Shown here piece by piece: positions 1 to 12,022 of a stretch of 64,000 bases of DNA. The position numbers and the translations under genes were made by a program. The DNA comes from Octopus sinensis (taxonomy: Eukaryota): the NCBI RefSeq assembly GCF_006345805.1, contig NC_042999.1, positions 64,914,001-64,978,000 on the forward strand, given 5' to 3'. The notes below the pieces were generated by a model, which did not search any database, was not told the DNA's origin, and was given only the letters and a program-made list of their open reading frames with translations. Numbering within the stretch: the first letter of the stretch is position 1; each line of letters starts with the position of its first letter.

Positions 1-495
1 TTGCTTTGTATATGTACAAGTTGACACCAAGTCTCACCCAGAGACCTCAAGGGGCAACAAGTTAGAAGTTCATGTTGGTGTTATATTTTGCGTGCCATAT
101 GTTTGGTTTTGTACATAGTGTTGTTCTAGAAAATGTTTAAGAAACCATAAGAAAATTGTGTTTGTTTTAAAATTTGAGATTACATAGAGAGTATTTTACG
201 TAGGATATGAGCAGTTCCCATGAGTGCTATCTTTAGAATTTCTGCCATTTTTGGGTTTCCTGGTATCTGAGCTAGGTAGCAATCAGCCCCTTTTGCTATC
301 ATTCCTAGGGCACCTATAACAACAGGTATTGTTTTAGTCTTGAGGTTCCACATTTCGCTAATTTCTATTTCAAGTTCTTTATACTTGCTCAGCTTTTGGT
401 AGATCTTGACAGATACGTTTATATCGGGACAGTCATATCAATAAGGAGGCATGATTTTTGTCTGAAGTCTTTCAATATGGTGTCTGGCTTATTTG

Positions 496-498
<3 letters not shown>
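1..498 (-). mobile_element. 3' end of an RLE-type non-LTR retrotransposon (R4/Dong-like), 5'-truncated and frameshifted
   Basis: Minus strand reads NANKPDTILKDFRQKSCLLIDMTVP...KLSKYKELEIEISEMWNLKTKTIPVVIGALGMIAKG...MGTAHILRKILSM* (stop at 180-182): PD-(D/E)xK restriction-like endonuclease C-terminus, then 3' UTR. Abuts (TTA)n at about 496. Same family as 41387-41901 and 43960-44116. Confidence 0.85.

Positions 499-555
<57 letters not shown>
496..555. repeat. (TTA)n microsatellite
   Basis: Direct reading. Confidence 0.95.
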
Positions 556-566
556 CTATTCTTTAA

Positions 567-924
567 CTCTTTTATTTTTTTCAGTCATTTGACTGTGGCT
601 ATGCTGGAGCACCGCCTTTAGTCGAACAAATCGACCCCAGGACTTATTCTTTGTAAGCCTAGTACTTATTCTATCGAACTCTTTTGCCGAACCGCTAAGT
701 TACGGGGACGTAAACACACCAGCATCGGTTGTCAAGCGATGTTGGGGGGACAAACACAAACACACAAACATATACACACACATACATATATATACATATT
801 CATATATACGACGGGCTTCTTTCAGTTTCCGTCTACCAGATCCACTCACAAGTCCTTCGTCGGCCAGAGGTTAATTATAGAAAATACTTGCCCAAGGTGC
901 CACGCAGTGGGACTGAACCCGGAA
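567..924 (-). mobile_element. tRNA-derived SINE, family A, head truncated
   Basis: Matches the family A body seen elsewhere in the window (GGTAGACGGAAACTGAAAGAAGCCCGTCG, internal TA/TG tract, tail GGCGGTGCTCCAGCAT..CAGTCAAATGACTGAAA). Confidence 0.85.
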
Positions 925-956
925 ATTATTATTATTATTATTATTATTATTAGAAA

Positions 957-1003
<47 letters not shown>

Positions 1004-1075
1004 TGTTGTTGTTGTTGTTGTTGCTATCATCATCATCATCATCATCATCAATAATAAATGTAATGATATGATGAA

Positions 1076-1109
<34 letters not shown>

Positions 1110-1128
1110 GGATGACGACGACGATGAA
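925..1128. repeat. Compound trinucleotide microsatellite (TTA/TTG/TCA/GAT/GAC)
   Basis: Direct reading; produces the poly-I/L/S/N/D ORFs in the track. Confidence 0.9.
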
Positions 1129-1796
1129 GAAGAAGTTAGAACGAACAACTGGAATATGAGATGAGCAACCGGTTTTATACGTAAATCCGATTCCTTTTCC
1201 AATGGAAACAGCGCGTGCTGAGGAGCATGGCAAAGCAGATGTAATATTCAATGATTTAAAATTTTGAAGCAATGTGAGTTTTGTATCCGATAGCCTAAAA
1301 TTGAACTTCCTCAGATACTTTCAATGGAAATTGATGTTAGAGCGGAAACACTATGATATTTAATATGGTGAAGACATATTTCTGAATTTCGAATACAGGT
1401 ATTTAAATGTAAAACATTCGATCTGAAATATTGATGGTTTGGCGTATTAAAAAAAAAAAACGAAGTGTATATATGAACTGAGGTTATCCTGGTATTCATA
1501 GGGCATTCAATGTATTACTCTAATAAATGAATACGGAATGTTGTTTCCTTTCTAGGCCTTAATCTTTCTGTTTGTATGATACACCTTCTAAAAGTGTGCA
1601 TATATGCATGTGTGTATATATGCACACATGCATATACATGAACATATACATCCATAAATACATCCATCCATACATCCATATATATATATACATATACATA
1701 TATGTAAATTAATATTGGGTAGGAAAAATTATAGAAATTTTTCTACCAGTGGCCTAGCATGTATACAAAGTCAATATATATATATATATATATATA

Positions 1797-2098
1797 TCAC
1801 CGTGACCGACCAGGCTATCAGATGTTACTACACATCGCTGGTCACAATGCGCTTCGCATTGTTTTAGCCTTCAAATGACGCCACCCCGCTGGCTAAGTGA
1901 GCAGGCCAAAAGAAGAAAGAGTGAGAGAAAGTTTTGGCGAAAGAGTACAGCAGGGATCGCCACCACCCCCTGTCAGAGCCTCGTGAAGCTTTAGGTTTTT
2001 TTCGCTCAATAAACACTCACAACGCCCGGTCTGGGAATCGAAACAGCGATCCTACCAACGCGAGTCCGCTGCCCCAACCACTGGGCCATTTCGCCTCC
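1797..2098 (-). mobile_element. tRNA-derived SINE, family B head with tail 1
   Basis: Head GGAGGCGAAATGGCCCAGTGG...GTTTCGATTCCCAGACCGGGCG (A/B-box-like); tail GCGCATTGTGACCAGCGATGTGT...GGTCACGGTGA ends in (TA)n. Confidence 0.85.
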
Positions 2099-2579
2099 AG
2101 ACACACACACACATTTATCCAGGCATTTTTATAATCGTTTCGAATGAAGATTTATACACCAGGTATTCTGTATGTAGACATGTATGATAGACAGTGGAAA
2201 GAAAGCTCAACATTAATAATACTCAGTGTGGATCATTATGGTTCATTATGTTCAAGAGCGTAGGAGGATTTAATTAAATCCTATTGAATCCATTCAGATG
2301 AATTCCTTATCAAAAGAGTTGTTAAAGATGGAGAAGAAACTGTTAGCAGTTGAAAAGTCGTGTGAATAAGTAAAATTTTGTTTATTCATCCTCTCGTTAT
2401 TCACACGACAATTGTATTGTTTTACTAGTTTTAGATTGAATTAAATGAGTTTGAATGCCAGGGTCATGCCTTGACCACTTGCTTGCTTTCTTCACTAACT
2501 TAACCGATATATATATATATATATATAATATATATATATATATATAATATATATATATATATTATATATATATATTTTA

Positions 2580-3240
2580 TAGTGTAGGTATTAGTTATAG
2601 GAGTTTAAAACCTCTAAGGATGATTAAATCCAAAGTCTCTCCTGGTTATTACCTGGGTAGGTACAGTCTTTTGTAAAGTTGTAGGGTAGCAGGTGATTTG
2701 GTTGGTAGACCGTAGTTTAGGTTATATACGAGAAGAAGATGGGTGTAATAACAAGGGAAGACTTGTCGTTTTCGCTGGTATGCCTTTAAAGTTAATTAGA
2801 TAACAAAGAAGAAGGAAGCAATGATAAAAGTAGCATTTACGATGGTTTCGATTTACTAGTTTTAGTAAATCTCTTCAGAATGCGAAAATTAGATTGATAC
2901 ATCGGTTAGGATGCGAAAATAATTGATACATATGTGAAGTTAATAGAGGCAAAATTAGTAATAGAGGCAAAGTCGTTTTGTAAATTCTCACTATATATAT
3001 ATACACATATATAAGTATATATATATACATATAAGTGTGTCTATATACACACACACATATGTTATTGTTGGACAATACGTTTTGGCCGTAGGGAAGTTTT
3101 TCAATTGAACTAGTATATGTGTAATAGGATGAAATTATATATAGGGAAAACAGCTGGTGTCCGGTTAAATCGTGGCATGTTTATCTTTAGACATGATCTC
3201 TGGTGGGTTACATGACTTTAGACGATAGGGAGACGGGAAG
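2580..3240 (-). mobile_element. Penelope-like terminal (pLTR-type) fragment flanked by (TA)n and containing a hammerhead motif
   Basis: Non-coding block next to a TA tract with a type I hammerhead at 2833-2883. The Penelope assignment is inferred from the ribozyme only; no RT or GIY-YIG ORF is seen. Confidence 0.5.
2833..2883 (-). ncRNA. Type I hammerhead ribozyme motif with intact core
   Basis: Minus strand: GCATT-CTGAAGA-GATTTACTA(AAAC)TAGTAAATC-GAAA-C(CATC)G-TA-AATGC. Stem I 5 bp, stem II 9 bp closed by G-C, minimal stem III, GUA cleavage triplet. Confidence 0.8.
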
Positions 3241-3491
3241 TAATAAAGTGATCTCCATTCATGTAATACCCAAACATTGTATTCAAAGATGTGTCAATTT
3301 AAGCTGTTACCAGTTTGCCTGTTTATAATTTTATCCTATGTACACACACAAGTGCGCGGACGCATGCACGTGTACACACACACACACACACACACATAAA
3401 TTTATATATATATATATATATATGTAGGTCCCGGGTTGAGTCGGGGTTAACCACAGTAAATAAGGTACTCAATACATAGCAGAGTAAATTA

Positions 3492-3623
3492 ATTTATTTT
3501 ATAGAAGGAGCTTCTACAGGACTAGAACTGTTTCATTCAAAAGAAATCATCAGGAAGCTTCCTGATGATTTCTTTTGAATGAAACAGTTCTAGTCCTGTA
3601 GAAGCTCCTTCTATAAAATAAAT
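3492..3623. repeat. Perfect 132-bp palindrome centred on AAGCTT (3555-3560)
   Basis: 3492-3557 is the exact reverse complement of 3558-3623. Confidence 0.95.
3556..3606 (+). ncRNA. Type I hammerhead ribozyme motif (mirror copy on the minus strand at 3509-3559)
   Basis: AGCTTC-CTGATGA-TTTC(TTTT)GAAT-GAAA-CAG(TTCTAGTC)CTG-TA-GAAGCT. Stem I 6 bp, stem III 4 bp, GUA triplet; stem II is short and its first pair is a U.U mismatch. Confidence 0.65.
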
Positions 3624-3722
3624 ATATATATATATATATAAGGATAAGATCGTTAATTTAAAATAAAATAACGACCTTATCAAGTGGCCAGCATGGAAAA
3701 AATAACCTTCAAAGCTAATGAT

Positions 3723-3874
3723 TATTAAAATTATAAATTAGGGTATCTACGAGATACCACCATGCTGAAAATAGCAGCCATGATTTGACACTTAAGGTGG
3801 TTTTAGAGTCAGATCATGGCTGCTATTTTCAGCATGGTGGTATCTCGTAGATACCCTAATTTATAAATTTAATA
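3723..3874. repeat. Inverted repeat with 67-bp arms and an 18-bp spacer
   Basis: 3723-3789 versus the reverse complement of 3808-3874 shows two mismatches. Confidence 0.9.
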
Positions 3875-3930
3875 CATATATATATATATATAATATATGA
3901 ATGTGTATATGTATATATATATGCGTAGGC

Positions 3931-4310
3931 GGAGGCGCAATGGCCCAGTGGTTAGGGCAGCGGACTCGCGGTCGTAGGATCGCGGTTTCGATTCTCAGAC
4001 CGGGCGTTGTGAGTGTTTATTGAGCGAAAACACCTAAAGCTCCACGATGCTCCTGCAGGGATGGTGGTGATCCCTGCTGTACTCTTTCACCACAACTTTC
4101 TCTCACTCTTACTTCCTTTTTCTGTTGTACCTGTATTTCAAAGGGCCGGCCTTGTCACTCTCTGTGTCACGCTGAATATCCCCGAGAACTACGTTAAGGG
4201 TACACGTGTCTGTGGAGTGCTCAGCCACTTACACGTTAATTTCACGAGCAGGCTGTTCCGTTGATCGGATCAACCGGAACCCTCGTCGTCGTAACCGACG
4301 GAGTGCTTCC
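3931..4310 (+). mobile_element. tRNA-derived SINE, family B head with tail 2
   Basis: Family B head; tail CACGCTGAATATCCCCGAGAACTACGTTAAGGGTACACGTGTC...GTAACCGACGGAGTGC, shared with family C copies. Confidence 0.85.
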
Positions 4311-4724
4311 ATCCATATATGCGTAGGTGTGTATGTGTGTGTGTCTGAATGTAGATGTTTTTCAAAATGCATGCATTTTCATTTAATCTTCATATCCCTC
4401 ATATCTCGAAATAATCATGTTACTCCACTTAACCTTTAATTATTAATGTTTCATCTCCCTGCCTTTTCAACCATATTTCCACCCCCACCCCTTCCCGGTC
4501 GTCGACCTCGTCGTCATCATATTTAGTGTCATCACTCATCCTCTTCCGCCCCATCTCATTCTCCTCATCATCAGCAACACGTACGATTTACCAATTGTCA
4601 TCAACCTCTTTACGTGCACCAATGACGTGTCTACATACATACACATTATATATATATATATATTATATATATTGTATATATTCATGCATATGTATATATA
4701 TATATACATACATACATATGTATA

Positions 4725-4772
<48 letters not shown>

Positions 4773-4779
4773 CACACAC

Positions 4780-4834
<55 letters not shown>

Positions 4835-5974
4835 CTGTGTGTGTTATATATAGATACACAGAAAGATGTGCATACATATATAGATTTAAATATATATCTC
4901 AGTGTGTGGTTGTTGTTAGCGTGTGTGCAACGTGTGTGTGTGCGTGCGTGTGTGTGTGTGTGTGTGTCTGTATGTGTGTTTGCGGGCTTGCATGTTTGTA
5001 ACCAGAATATTTGATAAGCTTCAATTAATCAGACGAGTCAGAAATCTAACGAATGATGCATCAAGCAGTTGATATTCTTTCTTCTTAGCTCTCTCCCCAC
5101 CTCTCTCTCTCTCTCTGTATATATATATATATATATATCACCCGCTCAGTCTCTCACTATCTCTCTCCATCTCTCTCTCTCTCTCCCCCCATCTGCGTGC
5201 TCAATGTTCACTCATGACTGTTTGATATATCACATAATGCAATCTGCAACATCCGTAGTGTTTGCTTGATTAGTGCCGTTTATTTAATCTATATAGATTG
5301 AAGCATTGCGTCTACTTCTGTCGCTGTTGTTGCTGGTGCTGCTGGTGCTGCTGGTGCTGCTGCTGCTGCTGCTGCTGGTGCTGCTGTGCTGCTGGTGCTG
5401 CTGCTGTTGCAGCATTAGCAAGCGCAGCAGAAAGACGAAAGGATCAGCGATGAAGCAAATACTAACAAAATGGAGACGAATATCTGGTTGAATGCACTTG
5501 AGTGCATGTTCTCTTATATTACGAAATAATCAATGTATACGAACAAATTGTGAAATCAATAAACTACTTCCCTCTGAGCTGTTGAATCTATTAAGAGAAT
5601 CTCAAAGTATATTAGTTCTTAGAAAAATACATGTTGTTGCTGTTGTTGTTTCTCTATAGTTTCTACCTGTTAGTGTCAGTGACAATGATCAACAGTGTTC
5701 ATGGATTTCTTAATCTAGAATAAGTCTTAGTCTTAAATCTCTCTGCATCTGATGTCCCGTCAAAAGCAGACGGCCCAGTTGAGAGTTTCTTAGACGATTG
5801 TTAATGAATTCGAAGGAATTATAATTAAATTTCTAACGTAATGGATTATGTATCGGCCGATCATTCGGTAAATTCAATATTCTGCGGAAGTTTGATAACG
5901 TATATTTATTCTTGTAAAGCCCCATGTTAATCCGACCGAGCTGATTATGATCAAATATATTCCACACATGCAGT

Positions 5975-6155
5975 TTTATATTTAAGAGATGAGGAATTAT
6001 TTACATTATTTACATGATTTACATTATTTACATTCGACGGATATTTGTCTTCATCTTGTTTGTTGTTAGCACAAAGATCGGCTGATATACCCTCCAGGCT
6101 TCTTCAGGTGTCTTGGGGGAAATTTCGAACCTTGGTTCTCATTCCTAAGATATTC
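5975..6155 (-). mobile_element. Headless copy of the hammerhead-bearing SINE-like element (family H)
   Basis: Reverse-complement homolog of 6320-6425; (AATGTAAAT)n-like tail; GACAC-CTGAAGA core present but GAAAC is mutated. Confidence 0.7.
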
Positions 6156-6179
6156 CTAACTACTACGCAATATGACCAC

Positions 6180-6266
6180 GGGCATATGGCGTAATGGTTA
6201 AGAGCGCGGGCTACTAGCCCCAAGATTCCGAGTTCAATACCAAGCAGTGACCTGAACAATAACAAA

Positions 6267-6318
<52 letters not shown>

Positions 6319-6428
6319 TCGAAAAATACCTTAGGAATGAGAACCTAAGTTCGAAATTTCCCCAAGACACTTGTAGGAAGTTGGAGGGTATATCAGCCGA
6401 AACGTCGAATGTAAATAATGCAAATAAT
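6180..6428 (+). mobile_element. tRNA-headed SINE-like element (family H) with a degenerate hammerhead in its body
   Basis: Head GGGCATATGGCGTAATGGTTAAGAGCGCGGGCTACTAGCCCCAAGATTCCGAGTTCAATACC (A/B boxes), then (AAT)n, body, CAGCCGAAACGTC and an AATGTAAAT tail. Confidence 0.7.
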
Positions 6429-7660
6429 GTATTTCCACACATGTTCACGCAGTCAGTTTCCTTTTTCAAACAGCCGTCCGCACCAAGAGAAAACCCCTTT
6501 TACACGCTCGAGCGGAGGACGCCATGACGAATTGTTATTATACCATTTTGGTTAATGGTGGGGCTTCAAACTCTCAACGCGTTTTAGCTGGGATTGGCGT
6601 ATTATTACACGAAGCATAAAATATCAATCTTCAGCTTTTGCAGAGTATAGGACCCCACTTGCAATTTTCTAATTGGGCTCCGCACTTCTTAGCACCGGCC
6701 TTGTGCATAGTGTACTATGGAATATATTGCTCATATGTATCTTCTTTTTTCAAGGGGTACAAGTGTAATTTGAAGTACATTTGTTTGTATTTTTCCAGTA
6801 TGTCATGCCATTATGTAGAGGTTCACATGAGATAAATCTTCATAAATTGAAGCAGTATGTGGCGAGATAGAGGCGAATAAGTTGAAGTGTATAAAAGAAA
6901 TATCGGCTGTCCTCACATAAATATTATTCATCAAGGTCATGATGAAATATCAATGGGTTCATATTATATAATTAGTTATATATAATAAACATTACGTTGT
7001 TATTTCTGGTATTCAGACGTAATAAGTTGTTAAATGATTTATATTTATGTAACCCATATTCTCAATTACCATGTCATAAATATGATGTAACTAACTCTAT
7101 TGTGTTATACTTTGTTTTTTATACATACATACATACATACATACATGCGTATGTATATATATATGTATGTACACATACACCCCACCACACATATATATAC
7201 ATATATATTTACATATACATACATCCATATACTCACACACACATACACACACATATATATATATATACATATATGTATATATGTGTAAATATATATATGT
7301 ATTTTATATATATAAATATATATTTATATATTTATACATATGTGTGTATACACACATGCACACACACACATATATATATAAATGCTTATATGTATATATT
7401 TTGATATTTCACTTATGCATAACGAGACTAACAACCTGGGGTAGAACTCAATATACATTTGGTCCAAAACACAATGTTATACGACTATAGAGTGGTAACA
7501 GAATACAAAAAAGATGACACCGGAAAAAACAAATATTATAAATGGACTCCATTAGCTTGCAGCTGTTTTCTGCTGTAACATGTGGTGGACTTTTCAGTAA
7601 GTACGAAGACAACATCCTGTAGCTTCATCAAAGCTTGGAATATGCAGCGCACTTTGTTTA

Positions 7661-8031
7661 CTCTTTTAGCTCTTTTACTTGTTTCAGTCATTTGACTGTG
7701 GCCATGTTGGAGCACCGCCTTTTAGTCGAGCAGATCGACCCCCAGGACTTTGTAAGCCTAGTACTTGTTCTATCGTTCTCTTTCGCCAAACCGCTAAGTT
7801 ATGGAGACGTAAACACAGCAGCATCGGTTGTTAAGCGATGGTGCGGGGACAAACTCAGACACACAAACACACATATGTATACATATATATATACGACGGG
7901 CTTCTACGAAATCCACTCACAAGGCTTTGGACGGCACGAGGCTATAGGAGAAGAAACTAGCCGAAGGTGCCACGCAGTGGGACTGAACCCGGAACCATGT
8001 GGTTGGTAAGCAAGCTACTTCCACACAGCCT
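7661..8031 (-). mobile_element. tRNA-derived SINE, family A
   Basis: Near full-length match to the other family A copies. Confidence 0.85.
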
Positions 8032-8246
8032 ACATTTTCAAAACATACTCATAACGCCGGTATGTTCAGAAAATGTTACTTTTCCTATAAAGTGCATTTC
8101 ATATTCAAGGCTCTGATGAAGCTATAGGATTTTATCCTGGTACTCACATAAGAGTCCATCATATCTTATAGCGGAAACAACTGTAGTGAGGTTCATTACA
8201 TAACATTTGGTTTTTCCGGTATCATTTATTTGTTTTCTAATTTTCT

Positions 8247-8350
8247 ATGTATGTATGTATGTATGTATGTATGTATGTATGTATGTATGTATGTATGTAT
8301 GTATGTATGTATGTATGTATGTATGTGCGTGTGTGTGTGTGTGTGTGTGT
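8247..8350. repeat. (TATG)n then (TG)n microsatellite
   Basis: Direct reading. Confidence 0.95.
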
Positions 8351-8729
8351 ATATAGGAGCGGTGCTGACAAGTCGCTGGTTTTGGGTAACAGAATATACA
8401 GAATATATTTAATTCATTTCTCGCTGTATTGCGTGTTCGTTTCATTTTTTTCCATCTGTGATGTTCCATTTGATCTTCTATATAAATGAAGATATTTCCG
8501 CGGTCTGGCTGCTTTTCTTTCTACAAAACGAGAAGTTACACTGCAGAACTGTTATTTTAACGAGTTATATTTATTTATCGCCCAACGAGATATATCTGTA
8601 CCGCCGTGTGCTCCTGAACCAGTTGTTGAGTGTCCCCCCCATGAGAGATCGATGCTAGATGTGCCGAAACAATTGTTGTGATTAATAATAAATTCTCGTA
8701 TATTATCTTCTGTCTTTCATTTTCCATAT

Positions 8730-9042
8730 GGAGCGTCGAGCTTACGATCGTGAGGTTGTGAGTTCGAATCCCGAACCGGGTTGCGTGTTGTGTTCTTGAG
8801 CAAGACACTTTATTTCACGTTGCTCCAGTTCACTCAGCTGTAGAAATGAGTTGCGACGGTACAGGTGCCAAGCTGTATCGGCCCCTGCCTTACCCTTGGA
8901 TAACACTGGTGGCGTGGAGAGGGGAGGCAAGTATGCATGGGCGGCTGCTGGTCTTCCATAAACAACCTTGCCCGGACTTGTTCCTGGGAGGGTAACTTTC
9001 TAGGTGCAATCCCACGGTCAGTTATGACCGAAGGGGGTCTCA
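8730..9042 (+). mobile_element. tRNA-derived SINE, family C (CORE-like central domain) with tail 4
   Basis: GTGAGTTCGAATCCCG B box; TGTGTTCTTGAGCAAGACACTTTATTTCACGTTGCTCCAGTTCACTCAGCTG resembles the CORE-SINE domain; tail matches 23857-24190. Confidence 0.8.
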
Positions 9043-10696
9043 GCTCAATATATATAAAATCAACATAATCACCGAAAGCGCACAAGCTAAACTTCGAAGT
9101 CAGTGTTAGCCTTTTCCTTGTAAAAGTGCAATAAACATATATTCTACTAAAATGTTTTGAGTTATCTTTCATTTTAATGCTAAATTGTTTTATATATAAC
9201 GACATAAAAGCAAGCATTTATACACACGCGTACACATACATATACTTGTATTGTTTTCTCATGTATTCGTGTAGAACGGTATTTTCAATTCCGTAGAAAG
9301 AAATTAGTATTTAAGAATAGATAATTTTTAAATAAAAATAAACTGGTCTATTATAGATTTATTTTAAATTACATTTTAAAAAAGCTACCATTGCATCGGA
9401 TACGTTTATACTGTAATAAAATTGTATTCATATATACATTCATATATATTGTATTGTATTCAGATACTGCAATATTTAAAAAAAAATTAACATGAAATCA
9501 CGAAATCATGATATCATGATGTAGTATTATTCTATAAATCTACAGACTATTAAATTCTTTGTTATATTTATTTACATAATTGAATCGTTTTTGTCCAGTT
9601 AATCTCTCATATCTGTTATTTCAACGAAAATCATTATTTCCCGTCTGTGATTTCAAAACAGCCAATTTTGTTGTTAAATCAACCGCCAGTATCCATCATT
9701 AAACAGACAATTCGGAATTTAAACTAATAGAAAATAGCAAACAATGTTTAAATATTTAATTATTTAAAACTCTGTTTTTGATATCATCAATGGTAATTAT
9801 AACAACCTGATATAAAAATCTTTCTTACTATGTTTATTAATTTATATTTATTCAATTTACAGAACATAAATGATAGCATTTTTCATTTATTATTCGGTTA
9901 ATTTTATTTTTTGTGTTATCATTTATCATCAGTAAATTCCGACATGCTGGGATATGATGAACAAAATTTGAAAATTCAAAATTGATGTGAAGAGCAGTTT
10001 CCTTTTACATAATTAATATTCTCGAAGCAGGAATGAGAGCCACACATTGGCATACGTCAGTGCATCTGTGTTTTGAGTGAGTGATATATAAATTTAGGAA
10101 GAGTCTGTTTAGAGATAGTCTTTTCTGCTAAGTTTTCCCATTTCTTTATTTCAGCCGTTTCAACCCCACCTATGATCGGGCACCGTTTTGGAGGACTTTA
10201 ATCGACTGAATAGGTTCCAGTACTAATTTTAAATCTGGTACTTATTCAATCGGAACGGAACGGAAACGAGCGTGCACCTTTTGTCAAACGGTGGGAAACT
10301 AACGGATACACACGCACATACACGCACGTACGCATGCGCGCACACACACATACATACACTCATACACGCGTGCTTGCACCTATGATTCTCGGTTTCGACG
10401 ATGAGGTTTCAGTGGTTCAATAAACGTAATTACTTTCCTCATTCAATTAAGTATAAGTGACTTAGAATTCCACTACCACATGTATCCTTACCATAATTCC
10501 CAGGTGGAATCAGCGTGACGAAGTGTGACAAGGCTATGTTACAGGTAAAATCCATTCAGCGAGATTGTTTTCGTCTACGTAATTTGATTCACAAGGTTTG
10601 GGTCAGCTGACACCACAGAATAAGACACAAGTCGAAAGTGGGATGCAACAATAAGCAGCAGCAGCAGCAAGAGCAGCAGCTTCCACGTGTATAATT

Positions 10697-10729
<33 letters not shown>

Positions 10730-11539
10730 CCAGCAATTTGAAGGGATGCAGTAAGTGGATTATATCGATCTCAGTACTTGACTCTTCTGTTATTGACTCC
10801 GAATTGATTTGAACTCAGAATGTAATGAAGTGGAACAAATCTGTGTTCAAACGACTCTGTTTGATCGCCAATAATAAACGGAAAACCACCTAATACTGAG
10901 CTGTAGTTGAGCAAGTGTTTTCTAAAATAACTCCCGACCAACCAAAGCCTTGAGCGTAAATGTAACTGTACAAGTCCTGCGTACGTTTGTATACACATAG
11001 ACATAAATATGAGTGTGTGTATGTGTATATTTAGCTTTTGTTAGTGTCAATGTTGTCTCGCCTTTTACAAACTTGTGTTCGTTTCTTGACGAGCCTATAT
11101 CTTAGTCATTCAGAAAGGGAGCATAGAATAAGTGCTAGACATTGAAGAATAAGCATTGTGATCAACTAAAACCATTCATGTTGGTGCCCCAGCTTGGCCA
11201 CAGTTCAAGGACTAAAAGAAGTATATGAATATTGGGGTTCCACTGCCTATATTTCTGGCTCTGGCTGAAACTATACTCCATTGATTCGAAGAACTGTACT
11301 CATGGTTGACGACACAAAGGCACATGTATTTGCAGTCCTAGGCAAGACTTTATTTCAACAAGGCTAATATGCAAGGCTGTTGTAGCAATAATTTATGTCA
11401 TCGAGTATATTATTGAAAACGCCTCACTTTAGTCCAATGTGTTACTTATTTTTATTTTTCATTCTGCGATCGGTAACCCAACTAGGTTAGGTAATTGATT
11501 CAATAATTTCTACTCCCTTATATGTGCAGGTCAGATCAA

Positions 11540-11680
11540 GGCCGCTGTGATGATGTCAGCCTATGGATGTAAGACAGTCCATGTATAGAAGGTCTTCCCC
11601 TCTCCATGTTGATGTTCTTCAAAAGGAAGGTTAATTTCTTAGATGTCGATACAGCTGAACAATAGTGTCTTCACAAGCGT
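11540..11680 (-). mobile_element. Possible decayed RTE-type LINE 3' fragment
   Basis: Minus strand CAACATGGAGAGGGGAAGACC resembles a frameshifted HG.R.RGRP motif of RTE C-termini; weak evidence. Confidence 0.3.
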
Positions 11681-11689
11681 AGCTCTCAG

Positions 11690-12022
11690 GACGCAAAGAG
11701 CTCACAACTAAACAAATACTGCAAAGCATTTTGCCCGTGTTTGATAATTAAATCCATTATCCACTCTGCAGCAGCACAAATTATATTTTCTCCGGAATGA
11801 AGATAAAGTTGAGCTCAGCAAGATTTGAACTCAGAGTACAGAGAGCCGAAACAAATACCATTAGTCATATTGACGGTCCTGTAATAATTCCATCATTTTA
11901 CCACACTGGAATGATATTATTTCATCGTCCCCGAAAAGTAAGGAAAATCGATCTCATCGGAATTTGAACTCAGAGCACAGAGTTTGGGAACAAATACTGC
12001 GAGCAACTCTGCCAATTCACCT
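11690..12022 (-). mobile_element. Old degraded tandem of family D-like SINE fragments
   Basis: Recurrent ATTTGAACTCAG...AAACAAATAC segments about 140 bp apart, ending in the head-like CTGCCAATTCACC. Confidence 0.55.

Noticed and set aside
729-1272. Overlapping ORFs with poly-I/L/S/N/D runs
   Set aside because: Family A SINE sequence plus trinucleotide repeats.
3931-4010. tRNA genes at SINE heads (also 6180, 23857, 46428, 46758, 50189)
   Set aside because: A/B boxes are present, but acceptor stems do not pair and the sequences continue into SINE bodies.
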